From Ilumatobacteraceae bacterium (GTDB lineage: Bacteria > Actinomycetota > Acidimicrobiia > Acidimicrobiales > Ilumatobacteraceae), in contig JBILAG010000001.1 of the NCBI GenBank assembly GCA_044354345.1, positions 25,496 to 89,495 on the forward strand: 64,000 bases of DNA, written 5' to 3'. A program made the translations under genes and the position numbers. This document shows, piece after piece, positions 17,801 to 26,701 of this stretch. The notes beneath the pieces were generated by a model. It worked only from the letters and a program-made list of their open reading frames with translations, was not told where the DNA came from and searched no databases. Position 1 is the stretch's first letter; every line of letters starts with the position of its first letter.

Positions 17801-18793
17801 TTAAATGTTGTACCGATCTGCCTTGTATCGCGACAAATTACTCGGGTCTGAGAACCAGTCAATTGTTCGTTGTAATCCGATTTTAAATCCTTCGGCACCA
17901 TCCAACGACGGCTTCCACTTGAGAAGTTTTTCGGCTTTTTCAATTGAGGCGTGCAATCTTTCAACTTCAGAATTTTTTGGTCGATCACGTTGTTTGTCAT
18001 TAGCGAGACTTAGATCAACGCCCATAAGTTTGGCGATTGTTTTGGCAGTGTCTTCGACAGAGATTTCAAAACCACTGCCAAGGTTGATTGTTTCGCCAAT
18101 AATTGCGTCGCTTTCGGCAGCGGCGATGAAGCCAGATGCTGTGTCTTCGACAAATGTGAAGTCGCGCGTTGGAGAAAGCGACCCAAGTTTTACTTCTCGG
18201 TTTGTTGCGAGTTGACTAATAATTGTTGGGATAACCGCCCGCGCAGACTGTCTTGGTCCATATGTATTGAAAGGTCGAAGAATACCAACAGGTAAATCAA
18301 ACGAAGCATGAAAACTTAACGCAAGTTGATCAGCGCCAACTTTTGATGCCGCATATGGCGACTGCGGATGCAATGGGTGCTTCTCATCAATTGGTATGTA
18401 TTGCGCAGTGCCGTAAACCTCGCTTGTCGAAGTTTGTACAACACGCGAAACATTGTGTCGTCGCGCCGCCTGCAAAATATTTAATGTGCCCTTGATATTT
18501 GTATCGATATACGTGTCGGGCGAATGATACGAATATGGAATCGCGATCAATGCTGCGAGGTTCAAAATTACTTCTTGACCAGATACTGCAGCATCAACAC
18601 CGTGTGGATCGCGAATATCTCCGGCGAAAACGTCAAGGCTGTCACGAACGGACTGGCTCACATCGTCAAGCCATCCCCACGAATTGAAGGAGTTGTAAAG
18701 CACAAATGCTCGTACTTGATGTCCGCGTTTAACGAGTGCCTCTACTAAATGCGAACCAATAAATCCATCTGCGCCAGTTACGAGAATCTTCAT
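17801..18793 (-). CDS. legB: NAD-dependent NDP-sugar 4,6-dehydratase/epimerase-family enzyme
   Basis: 330 aa. ILVTGADGFIGSHL Rossmann motif and YAASK catalytic motif. First enzyme gene of the operon. Confidence 0.8.
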   Translation of the reverse strand: MKILVTGADGFIGSHLVEALVKRGHQVRAFVLYNSFNSWGWLDDVSQSVRDSLDVFAGDIRDPHGVDAAVSGQEVILNLAALIAIPYSYHSPDTYIDTNIKGTLNILQAARRHNVSRVVQTSTSEVYGTAQYIPIDEKHPLHPQSPYAASKVGADQLALSFHASFDLPVGILRPFNTYGPRQSARAVIPTIISQLATNREVKLGSLSPTRDFTFVEDTASGFIAAAESDAIIGETINLGSGFEISVEDTAKTIAKLMGVDLSLANDKQRDRPKNSEVERLHASIEKAEKLLKWKPSLDGAEGFKIGLQRTIDWFSDPSNLSRYKADRYNI

Positions 18794-18796
18794 TTG

Positions 18797-19108
18797 CTAT
18801 TGACCTATTGATCCGGTCAGTTTGGAGACCAAAACTGCCAATATCACTGAAATGAAAACTGCTAACACGACTCCACTAAAGAGGCTAGTGATGGCGATCA
18901 CGCCTACTGATCGGATATTCCAAGAATTTGTCGTCAGTGAGGTTAAATTAGAATCTTGAATCTCCACTTGCACCGCATGCGATTTAGTTGTATTGGAATT
19001 TCGATTTTTTGTGACCAAAAACAACGTAATCAGGCTCAGCACGATGATCGCGAGAGACCTGACCGTAACATCAAGGACGGTAAGTGACATGAGTTTCGAC
19101 ACAACCAC
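18797..19108 (-). CDS. Small predicted two-TM membrane protein. Doubtful gene.
   Basis: 103-aa ORF with two hydrophobic stretches that ends 3 nt before the legB start. Its 5' end collides with the divergent protease gene start. Confidence 0.3.
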   Translation of the reverse strand: MVVSKLMSLTVLDVTVRSLAIIVLSLITLFLVTKNRNSNTTKSHAVQVEIQDSNLTSLTTNSWNIRSVGVIAITSLFSGVVLAVFISVILAVLVSKLTGSIGQ

Positions 19109-20264
19109 GACTTCTTCTAGCGTATCGCCGGAGGCACCTGAAGAGCATCAAGACAAGAATCAAGTAGTTGTTGCGCCGCGTCAGACAAACATGTGGTGGG
19201 CAATACCAATGTTCACAATTGTTTGGCTAGTTACGAGTGCGATAATTATTTCTTCACTGGTTCGCGTTAACTATTGGGAAGTCGCACCCGGTTCAGCTGA
19301 GCAAGTTAACTCTAGATTTTCGTTTGACAAAGATGCTCTTGCGCTTGCAGATCGGTACAAGCCAACATCGCCAGTTTTATTCGTTACTGCATTTGGATCA
19401 AAGCTCTCCGCACTTGACGCTTTACTCGGCACGCTTGACCCAGATGTAGATGTATTGAATCGCGTACAAAAATTCGGCGATTCAACACCTGATCAACAAA
19501 AGAATCTCGGATATCAGTCAATGACAACTGCAAAACAAATTGCAGAATATGTCGCCATGAATCGTTTGGGCTATGAGGTGTCTATTACTTATGGAGAATT
19601 AGTTATTGATCGATTTGTTTGCGAGGCCAAACCGCGTCCACTTAGTGCATGTTTGCAACTTGGAGTTGGCGACACAATCACATCTTTTGATGGCATTAAG
19701 ATTCCGTCGTTGGCTGACCTACTTCCGCTTATGAAGAATTATTCGCCAGGCGATGTCGTTAAATTAGAAATCACACCTCATAGAACGACCGATTCAGTTA
19801 CCAAAGATGTCGAGTTGATTGCAAGTCCAGATGACGCAAATCGCACGATTATCGGAGTGTGGCCTGCTGACACGCGAATTGTTAAGTTGCCATTTGAAGT
19901 TGATATCGACACTGATCTGATTGGTGGGCCATCTGCCGGTCTTGCCTTTACGTTGGCTTTATTAGACGAATTAACTCCTGGTGATTTAACAGGTGGAGTT
20001 AAGGTAGCTGCGACTGGCACGATTGACGGCGACGAAACAGTCGGTGCGATTGGTGCGTTGCGTCAGAAAACAGTTGCCGTCAAAGCCTCTGGTGCCAAAG
20101 TATTTTTCGTGCCGAGTTCGCAATCAGCAGAAGAAATTGAGGTGGCTAAGCGTATTGCGGGATCAAAATTGCGTATTGCTCCAGTTGCAAATCTTGGTGA
20201 AGCGCTAGCAATTCTCAAAGAGTTGGGGGGTAGCGACATTTCTAATGACGCGATAGAGCTCTAG
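19089..20264 (+). CDS. PDZ-domain Lon-like (S16) serine protease, membrane-anchored
   Basis: Track ORF starts at 18993. I prefer the internal ATG at 19089 (MSFDTTT...) because it avoids most of the overlap with the minus-strand ORF. One TM (WWAIPMFTIVWLV), a PDZ-like middle region and a Lon catalytic GGPSAGLAFTLALLDELT motif. Confidence 0.75.
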   Translation: MSFDTTTTSSSVSPEAPEEHQDKNQVVVAPRQTNMWWAIPMFTIVWLVTSAIIISSLVRVNYWEVAPGSAEQVNSRFSFDKDALALADRYKPTSPVLFVTAFGSKLSALDALLGTLDPDVDVLNRVQKFGDSTPDQQKNLGYQSMTTAKQIAEYVAMNRLGYEVSITYGELVIDRFVCEAKPRPLSACLQLGVGDTITSFDGIKIPSLADLLPLMKNYSPGDVVKLEITPHRTTDSVTKDVELIASPDDANRTIIGVWPADTRIVKLPFEVDIDTDLIGGPSAGLAFTLALLDELTPGDLTGGVKVAATGTIDGDETVGAIGALRQKTVAVKASGAKVFFVPSSQSAEEIEVAKRIAGSKLRIAPVANLGEALAILKELGGSDISNDAIEL

Positions 20265-20285
20265 TCAACGTTTAACCTTATATAT

Positions 20286-22352
20286 ATGGCGATTACATTC
20301 TCGCGCCCTGACCCTTCATCCCCTGGTGCGGTTGGGTCAGCACAATTCAATATCGCGAGGCGTGGTTATGACCAAGGTGAAGTTCGTGACTTTTTGAGGA
20401 TGGTCTCGGCCGAGTTGGCCAGGCTTCAAGAGCGAGAAAGATTTTTAGAAAGCGAAATGCGCGCGATGCAAACTCGTGGATTGTCTGATCCCGGTGTTCT
20501 CGATGAAGCAACGGTTACAACTCTTCTCGGCGAAGAGACGGCTCGTGTTTTGTCTGTTGCTAGAGAAGCGGCACAACAGATGCGCATGCGTGCCGCAGAA
20601 ACTGCCGAGAGATTGGTGCGCGAAGCAACTTCTGAAGTTGCAAGGTTACGTGAAGAAGCAGAAATTGAAAACGAGCGTCGGCGAAGTGATGCCTTAGACG
20701 ACAGTGAATCAGAGATAGAACTTGCTAAACAGCAAGGTCGCGAAATGATAAACGAAGCTCGCGCGTACAAAGAGAAAATGTTGACTGAGCTCGCACGGCG
20801 TCGTGAACTTGCGAAACAGCAAATCGAACAATTAGTTCGCGATCGTGATCGGTTGATGTCAGCATTTGAACGTGCGCGGTTGGCAGCCAATGATGTGATG
20901 GGTGACTTGACTGAATTTGATGAAGCGGCTGGAGATCTAAAGCAAGCCATCCCTGAGGGAGTGGTTGACGAATCATTGCACAATGTTGTGCTTTTTGATC
21001 GAGAAAAATTTGAAGATGACACTTTGGATAATTTGCGCCCAGAAGTTGCAAAGTTTTCTGACTTTGAATCAGCGCAACAGATAGAACAAATTTCGCTAAC
21101 TACAAATGACAAAGAGTTAACTTTTGCTGCTGAAGAACCTTTTTTGACGTCGTCAGCTGACTTAGAAACTGAATCGCTAGTCGAACCAGAAGTAATGTCG
21201 GAAGTCGAACCTGAAATCAAATTAGAAGTCCAGCCAGAAGTAGAAATAGAAATAAAAGCAGAGGCACAGCCAGAAATAAAACTAAATGTAAAGCCAGAAC
21301 CAGATGAAGGCCATAGGGCGAATGTCATTCAGTTATTTGGCAGAACTTCGCGTCGCTTACATCCTTCGACTGATGCACCGCCATCTGAAGTAGCTGAGAC
21401 ACCTGAAGTAGAGCTAGAAGTAAATCCAGAAGTCATTGACACCGTCCAAGCGCTCGACACAGATACGAAGTCGGAGCAAAAGCCTGCAGTACTTGCGCCA
21501 AAAAAGTCAAATGTTGACGATCTCTTTGCGAAATTACGGGAGGCAGGTGCGAGTTCTGTAGCAAGTTCGATTAAACAAGCCGAGCCTGTTCAGAAAAAAG
21601 TCGTTAAGTCTGACCCGTCAAATACGACAGCTAGTACAGCTAGTACAACTAGCCAAACACCGGTTTCGGTGAAGCCAGATCCGCAGATATTTACCAAGCG
21701 TGATGAGGTTCTAGCCCCAATAGTCGAAGCACTGTCTAAAAAGTTTAAGCGTGTTCTCGCCGACGAAGAGAACTCAGTTCTAAACTACTTGCAAAACAAA
21801 AAAGCTCAAGTTGCATTAGAAACAGTTCTGCCGAGTTTTGATAGTCAAGTTCAATCATTTGTCGAAGCCACCAGCAAAGATTTGATTGAGGCCGCGATGG
21901 CTGGTGCGCAATCACTTTCAAAAAGTCTTAAAGCCGATCTTCGAAAAAAGATTAGTAACACGACGGTGATGCAAGTTATGTCCAAAAAACTTGCCGATGC
22001 AATTGTGCTTCCTTTGCGAACGCGAATTCAGAAATGCGTCGAGAAAAGTGCCGGTGACACTACTGAGATGTCAAGTTTGATTCGCACGGTGTACCGCGAA
22101 TGGAAAATGCAGCAGATAGATAAACTTGTCAGCGATATTGCTCGTCTCGCTTACAGTCGAGGCGCCTATCTAGTTCTTGATGCGGGAACAAAAGTCTGTT
22201 GGATGGTTGATCCGAATGGTCCTGCATGTTCAGATGCAGAAGATAATTCGCTTGCCGGCACAATTGCACTTGGAGAAAATTTTCCTACCGGGCACGAACA
22301 TCCTGTTGTTCATTCAGGATGTCGCTGTCTTGTAGTTCCAACGCAGAGGTAG
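20286..22352 (+). CDS. DivIVA-domain coiled-coil protein with acidic P-E repeat and MuF-like C-terminal motif
   Basis: 688 aa. N-terminal FNIARRGYDQGEVRDFL (DivIVA signature), a long charged coiled coil, EPEV/EPEI repeats, and C-terminal WMVDP..C..H..HSGCRCLVVP. Confidence 0.7.
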   Translation: MAITFSRPDPSSPGAVGSAQFNIARRGYDQGEVRDFLRMVSAELARLQERERFLESEMRAMQTRGLSDPGVLDEATVTTLLGEETARVLSVAREAAQQMRMRAAETAERLVREATSEVARLREEAEIENERRRSDALDDSESEIELAKQQGREMINEARAYKEKMLTELARRRELAKQQIEQLVRDRDRLMSAFERARLAANDVMGDLTEFDEAAGDLKQAIPEGVVDESLHNVVLFDREKFEDDTLDNLRPEVAKFSDFESAQQIEQISLTTNDKELTFAAEEPFLTSSADLETESLVEPEVMSEVEPEIKLEVQPEVEIEIKAEAQPEIKLNVKPEPDEGHRANVIQLFGRTSRRLHPSTDAPPSEVAETPEVELEVNPEVIDTVQALDTDTKSEQKPAVLAPKKSNVDDLFAKLREAGASSVASSIKQAEPVQKKVVKSDPSNTTASTASTTSQTPVSVKPDPQIFTKRDEVLAPIVEALSKKFKRVLADEENSVLNYLQNKKAQVALETVLPSFDSQVQSFVEATSKDLIEAAMAGAQSLSKSLKADLRKKISNTTVMQVMSKKLADAIVLPLRTRIQKCVEKSAGDTTEMSSLIRTVYREWKMQQIDKLVSDIARLAYSRGAYLVLDAGTKVCWMVDPNGPACSDAEDNSLAGTIALGENFPTGHEHPVVHSGCRCLVVPTQR
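21181..21310 (+). repeat. Imperfect in-frame tandem repeats encoding (E/Q)PE(V/I)-x-(L/I)-x acidic units
   Basis: Reiterated ccagaagt / ccagaaat / cctgaaat units. The peptide is VEPEVMSEVEPEIKLEVQPEVEIEIKAEAQPEIKLNVKPEP. Confidence 0.5.
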
Positions 22353-22362
22353 TCTTTCCCGT

Positions 22363-25329
22363 ATGCGGAACCCTTCAGACTTACCAAGATCTCCGTTTCC
22401 TCGTCGTAATTCGACAGGAGGTTTTGGTTTCAGTGCGTTTAAAAAAGGCCGAGCAATTTGGAGTGTGATATTCGCCGTATTTGTAGTCGGTGGAATTTCG
22501 GCTCGAAGCATTTCTGGTTTCTATGTTGACTTGCTGTGGCACGATGTACTGGGTCGCACAGATATTTTCTGGGGTGTAATCACCACAAAAATTTCTCTCG
22601 CCGCAATATTTGTGGCAGTTTTTGCAGTTGCCATGTTGATCAATTTGTGGCTTGCTGATCGTCTCGCACCAGAAAATGTGCCGGTGTCTGCAGAGCAAAG
22701 AGCGCTCGATGGGTATCGGCAGTTAGTCGCAAAGCGCCAATGGCTTGTTCGCATTGTGGTTTCAGTTGTGCTCGGACTTCTCGTCGGACTACCAGCCACA
22801 GCACAGTGGCAAGACTGGCAATTGTTTCGCAATGCGCAACAGTTCGGTATAAAAGACCCGTTGTTTTCACGAGATTTAAGCTTTTATATTTTCCGTCTGC
22901 CATTTCTTGAATTTTTAGTTAGTTGGTTGTTGGCGGCACTCGTATTAATAACCCTCGTCACAACAATGATCCACTATCTAAATGGTTCGATTCAGTTGCA
23001 AATGCAGGGTCGTCGGGTTACTCCACAAGCAAAAGCTCACCTCTCGGTTTTGTTCGCGCTAATTGCATTGTCGCGAGCAGCGTCATATTGGCTTGGCCGC
23101 TTTGAACTAACTCGCTCAACTCGTGGTGTGGTGCAGGGAGCAACTTATACAGACGTAAATGCTCAACTACCGGCAACAAGTTTGATGATTCTTGTTTCGC
23201 TTGCAGTAGCAGCTTTGTTTTTATGGAATGTTTTGCAAAGAGGATGGCGACTTCCTGTTTTAGCAACAATGCTTTGGGTAGTTGTCGCAATTGTCGCTGG
23301 CGCAATTTACCCTTCACTTGTACAGCGTTTTTCTGTGCAGCCGAACGTCAGCACAAAAGAGCTTCCTTACATCGAACGCAACTTGATTGCAACAAAAAAT
23401 GCAATGGGTTTGAGTGATGTCAAACAAGTTGATGTCAAATATGGCTCGATCACAGCAGCAGATGTCTCTGCAGATGCCGAACCATTGCGCGATGTTCGAC
23501 AACTCGACCCATTGCAGATGCGTGATCGGTTTGTTTTGGATGAAGGACAGACTTCGTACTACGCGATTCGTGATCTAGATGTTGACCGTTACGCGATTGA
23601 TGGACGAGTCCAACAAGTGCTTGTTGGCGCCCGAGAGTTAAATACTGATGGCATACCGAACCGCACTTGGGTTTCACGTCACCTTCTTTATACACACGGC
23701 TGCGGACTCGTTGTTGCACCAGCAAGCAAAGTCACGGTTGACGGTCGACCAATTTATACGAACCTTGATGTGAAGCGACCCGAGTTGTATTTTGGCGAAG
23801 GACTTAATTCTTACGCATTGGTAAATAGTCGCGAAGTAGAACAGTCATGTGCTGATGGCAAAACAAGTGCATTCTCTGGAACGGGTGGTGTGCAACTTTC
23901 GTCACTTGTTCGCCGAGCAGCATTCGCCGTTCATTTTGGCGAGTACAACCTCGTTGGATCAGGCTTGATCACACCTCAGTCGCAGATAATGTTTTTTCGA
24001 AACGTTCGTGAGCGAGCGGAGAAAATTGCACCATTCTTAAAAATGGACTCCGACCCGTATCCGGTCGTAGTTGACGGAAAAGTCATGTGGGTGTTGGATG
24101 CATTTACAACAACCGATCGTTATCCGTATGCGCAACGGGCGAATATCGATCAATTGAGTAGCGGCAGCGGACTAAACACAAACTTTAACTACGTTCGCAA
24201 CAGTGTAAAAATTGTCGTTGATGCCTATGACGGTTCGATGAAGTTTTATGTCGTAGATCCAAAAGATCCAATTATCAATACTTGGCAATCCATTTATCCA
24301 AAGTTGTTCACTTCAGTGTCACTCGCACCGAAGCAACTTGTTGAACACTTTAGATATCCAGAGGATTTGTTTAGAGTGCAAACAAACACTTACGGTCGAT
24401 ATCAGTTTGATGACGCAACAATGTTTTTTAATCGCAACGCTGCATGGAGTGTTGCTCAAGCGCCGGCAATTGAACCAGAAGGATTAACTAGTGCAGTTTC
24501 TGGCGGACTCGTAGACGACTTGAATTCAGTTAATACCGGAGAAGTTCGTGATGCCAGCGTGGCGCGGTTCGAACCGTATTACACGATGTTTCATGAGCCA
24601 AATAGTGCCCAAAAAACTGGTGTATTTTCAATGTTGCGTCCGTTTGTGCCGTTCTCAGCAGATAACGCAAGAAAAGAATTGCGTGCGTTTATGACAGTTT
24701 CAAGCGACCCTGCAACTTATGGTCAGTTGACAGTTTTCAAAATAAATGACCCGCTTCCAGAAGGACCAGCAACAGTTGCCGCAGAAATTGGCAGTGACCC
24801 TGCAGTTTCTCAACAGATAACTTTGCTCGACCAAAGAGGCTCTCGAGTAATTTATGGTGACTTGCAAATAGTCAACATCGGAAAAGGTTTGGTCTATGTT
24901 CGGCCATTATTTGTGCGACCGGATGACCCATCGGCAAAACAAATATTTGTTAGAAAATTTCTTGCGTCATACAACAACAAAGTGGTTCTCGCTGACGATC
25001 TAACTTCGGCAATTGCTAAATTGTTTCCGGGCTTCAAAGATAATCTTGGCGACAGAATTAATGACGGTTCTGCTACGCCAGCCGAAGACACAGCAACTAG
25101 TAGTGCTCCAACCGACGACGCAGCAACGACTGATACAACTTTGCCGTCAAGTACGGGTGGCAATGCAGCATTGGATACTCCGAACGCATTGCTCGCAAAA
25201 GCTGAAGAGTTATTTGCAGAAGCCGACGCAGCTCTTGGTAATACTCCGCCAGATTTTTCTTTGTATCAGCAGAAACTCGCAGAAGCTAGAAGTTTAATTA
25301 GCCAAGCAATTTCACTAATCGGCGGCTGA
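22363..25329 (+). CDS. UPF0182-family large integral membrane protein (Rv3193c-like)
   Basis: 988 aa. Several N-terminal TM helices followed by a very large soluble region. Size, architecture and adjacency to the PDZ protease match the actinobacterial UPF0182 locus. Confidence 0.7.
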   Translation: MRNPSDLPRSPFPRRNSTGGFGFSAFKKGRAIWSVIFAVFVVGGISARSISGFYVDLLWHDVLGRTDIFWGVITTKISLAAIFVAVFAVAMLINLWLADRLAPENVPVSAEQRALDGYRQLVAKRQWLVRIVVSVVLGLLVGLPATAQWQDWQLFRNAQQFGIKDPLFSRDLSFYIFRLPFLEFLVSWLLAALVLITLVTTMIHYLNGSIQLQMQGRRVTPQAKAHLSVLFALIALSRAASYWLGRFELTRSTRGVVQGATYTDVNAQLPATSLMILVSLAVAALFLWNVLQRGWRLPVLATMLWVVVAIVAGAIYPSLVQRFSVQPNVSTKELPYIERNLIATKNAMGLSDVKQVDVKYGSITAADVSADAEPLRDVRQLDPLQMRDRFVLDEGQTSYYAIRDLDVDRYAIDGRVQQVLVGARELNTDGIPNRTWVSRHLLYTHGCGLVVAPASKVTVDGRPIYTNLDVKRPELYFGEGLNSYALVNSREVEQSCADGKTSAFSGTGGVQLSSLVRRAAFAVHFGEYNLVGSGLITPQSQIMFFRNVRERAEKIAPFLKMDSDPYPVVVDGKVMWVLDAFTTTDRYPYAQRANIDQLSSGSGLNTNFNYVRNSVKIVVDAYDGSMKFYVVDPKDPIINTWQSIYPKLFTSVSLAPKQLVEHFRYPEDLFRVQTNTYGRYQFDDATMFFNRNAAWSVAQAPAIEPEGLTSAVSGGLVDDLNSVNTGEVRDASVARFEPYYTMFHEPNSAQKTGVFSMLRPFVPFSADNARKELRAFMTVSSDPATYGQLTVFKINDPLPEGPATVAAEIGSDPAVSQQITLLDQRGSRVIYGDLQIVNIGKGLVYVRPLFVRPDDPSAKQIFVRKFLASYNNKVVLADDLTSAIAKLFPGFKDNLGDRINDGSATPAEDTATSSAPTDDAATTDTTLPSSTGGNAALDTPNALLAKAEELFAEADAALGNTPPDFSLYQQKLAEARSLISQAISLIGG

Positions 25330-25334
25330 GAATT

Positions 25335-25355
25335 TTCTAAAAGCAAGTTTTAGAA
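25335..25355. terminator. Weak AT-rich hairpin between convergent genes
   Basis: ttctaaaa-gcaag-ttttagaa gives a perfect 8-bp stem and 5-nt loop in the 26-nt gap between the stops at 25329 and 25356. Confidence 0.3.
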
Positions 25356-25739
25356 TTATTGAGTTCGACGAATTTGTTCAACTAGTTCGGCAAGGTCTTG
25401 CCTGAAAGCAATTTCGTATCGAGCTTGTTCGTTGGCGATTCTGATTTGACTAACACGAAGTTGTTCTAAAGCTTCGCGTGAAACACTGTCTTGTGAAGAC
25501 TTAGTAATAGTCTCAATTTCTGATCCAAGTTCGTGAATCTGATTTGAAAGCTCAGTGGTCATCGTGGTAACCCGTTGATCGATGATTGAAATTTTTTGAT
25601 CTAAACCATTGGTTAATGCTGTCACGAGTGAGAGGGCATTTGTTCGCTTAGTTAATTCTTCGCGCAGTGCGACGAGTTCTGTCTTCAGGGTTTCCAAGTC
25701 AGACTGTGAGGCTTTTGGAGTTCGGTTGAAGAGTGCCAT
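25356..25739 (-). CDS. Hypothetical coiled-coil protein
   Basis: 127-aa ORF with heptad-like charged/leucine-rich composition throughout. No recognisable catalytic motif. Confidence 0.5.
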   Translation of the reverse strand: MALFNRTPKASQSDLETLKTELVALREELTKRTNALSLVTALTNGLDQKISIIDQRVTTMTTELSNQIHELGSEIETITKSSQDSVSREALEQLRVSQIRIANEQARYEIAFRQDLAELVEQIRRTQ

Positions 25740-25784
25740 CGCACCTGTGATTATGGCACGCCGATGGTAGCCTGTGCGTTACGA

Positions 25785-25861
<77 letters not shown>

Positions 25862-25884
25862 ATTCTCAGTAAGTTGAGGTATCC

Positions 25885-26643
25885 ATGAACAGGCTTGAAC
25901 GAGTGCGGACAATTCGCAAATCATTGGGTGCAGGTTCGGCAGTCGTCGGAAGTTGGATGCAAATTCCTGATTCGAGTATTGCAGAGATCATGGGTCGCGC
26001 TGGTTACCAATGGGTTGCAATCGACATGGAGCATGGCCCCGTTTCGGTTAGCCAGCTGCCTGATATTTTTCGTGCGCTTGAACTCGGGGGCACACTCCCT
26101 TTAGCGCGCGTCGCAAGCCCTTTGCCAATTAATTGTCGACAAGCTCTTGACCAAGGAGCTGGTGGTGTGGTGATTCCGATGATTTCTTCGGCCTCGCAAC
26201 TTGAAGCGATTATCAGTGAATGTCACTGGCCGCCTCGTGGGCGACGCGGAGTGGGCTTTCAACGAGCAAATGTTTTCGGAAAGTTTTTTGATTCGTATCT
26301 CGAAGAATCACAAGAGGCTCTTGTCGTCGCCCAAATCGAACACGTTGATGCCGTTAACAACCTTGAATCAATTGTCGCTGTGTATGGTTTGGATGCGATC
26401 ATGGTCGGCCCATACGACTTGTCGGCATCGCTCGGCATTACTGGTGACTTCGAAAACAAAAAGTTTCTTGACACGCTTACTCAAATTCTCAAAGTGTGCG
26501 AAAAATTTAAAATGCCATGCGGAATGCATGTTGTTCAGCCAGATACAAAAATGCTTGAGCAACGAATTCGTGAAGGTTACACATTCATTGCCTACGGCGT
26601 CGATACCGTATTTTTGAATCAGGGCGCAGCTGCGCCACTTTGA
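25885..26643 (+). CDS. HpcH/HpaI-family class II (pyruvate) aldolase
   Basis: 252 aa. GSWMQIPDSSIAEIMGRAGYQWVAIDMEHGP and VGPYDLSASLG motifs typical of 2-keto-3-deoxy-acid aldolases. Confidence 0.75.
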   Translation: MNRLERVRTIRKSLGAGSAVVGSWMQIPDSSIAEIMGRAGYQWVAIDMEHGPVSVSQLPDIFRALELGGTLPLARVASPLPINCRQALDQGAGGVVIPMISSASQLEAIISECHWPPRGRRGVGFQRANVFGKFFDSYLEESQEALVVAQIEHVDAVNNLESIVAVYGLDAIMVGPYDLSASLGITGDFENKKFLDTLTQILKVCEKFKMPCGMHVVQPDTKMLEQRIREGYTFIAYGVDTVFLNQGAAAPL

Positions 26644-26701
26644 TTGAAACTTGCCCAGCGATCAACATTTGCACAGTGACTAGGTATTCAAACTTCACGA
26701 T

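Noticed and set aside
21181-21310. Possible CRISPR-like or intergenic repeat array
   Set aside because: The repeats are 9-24 nt, imperfect, in-frame and inside a long ORF (P-E-V/I acidic units). There is no spacer/repeat architecture and no cas genes.
20426-21328. 300-aa Ser-rich minus-strand ORF
   Set aside because: It lies antisense to the E/A/R-rich coiled-coil region of the DivIVA-domain gene. The low-complexity Ser/Ala/Arg translation is the expected mirror of GAA/GCN-rich coding DNA.
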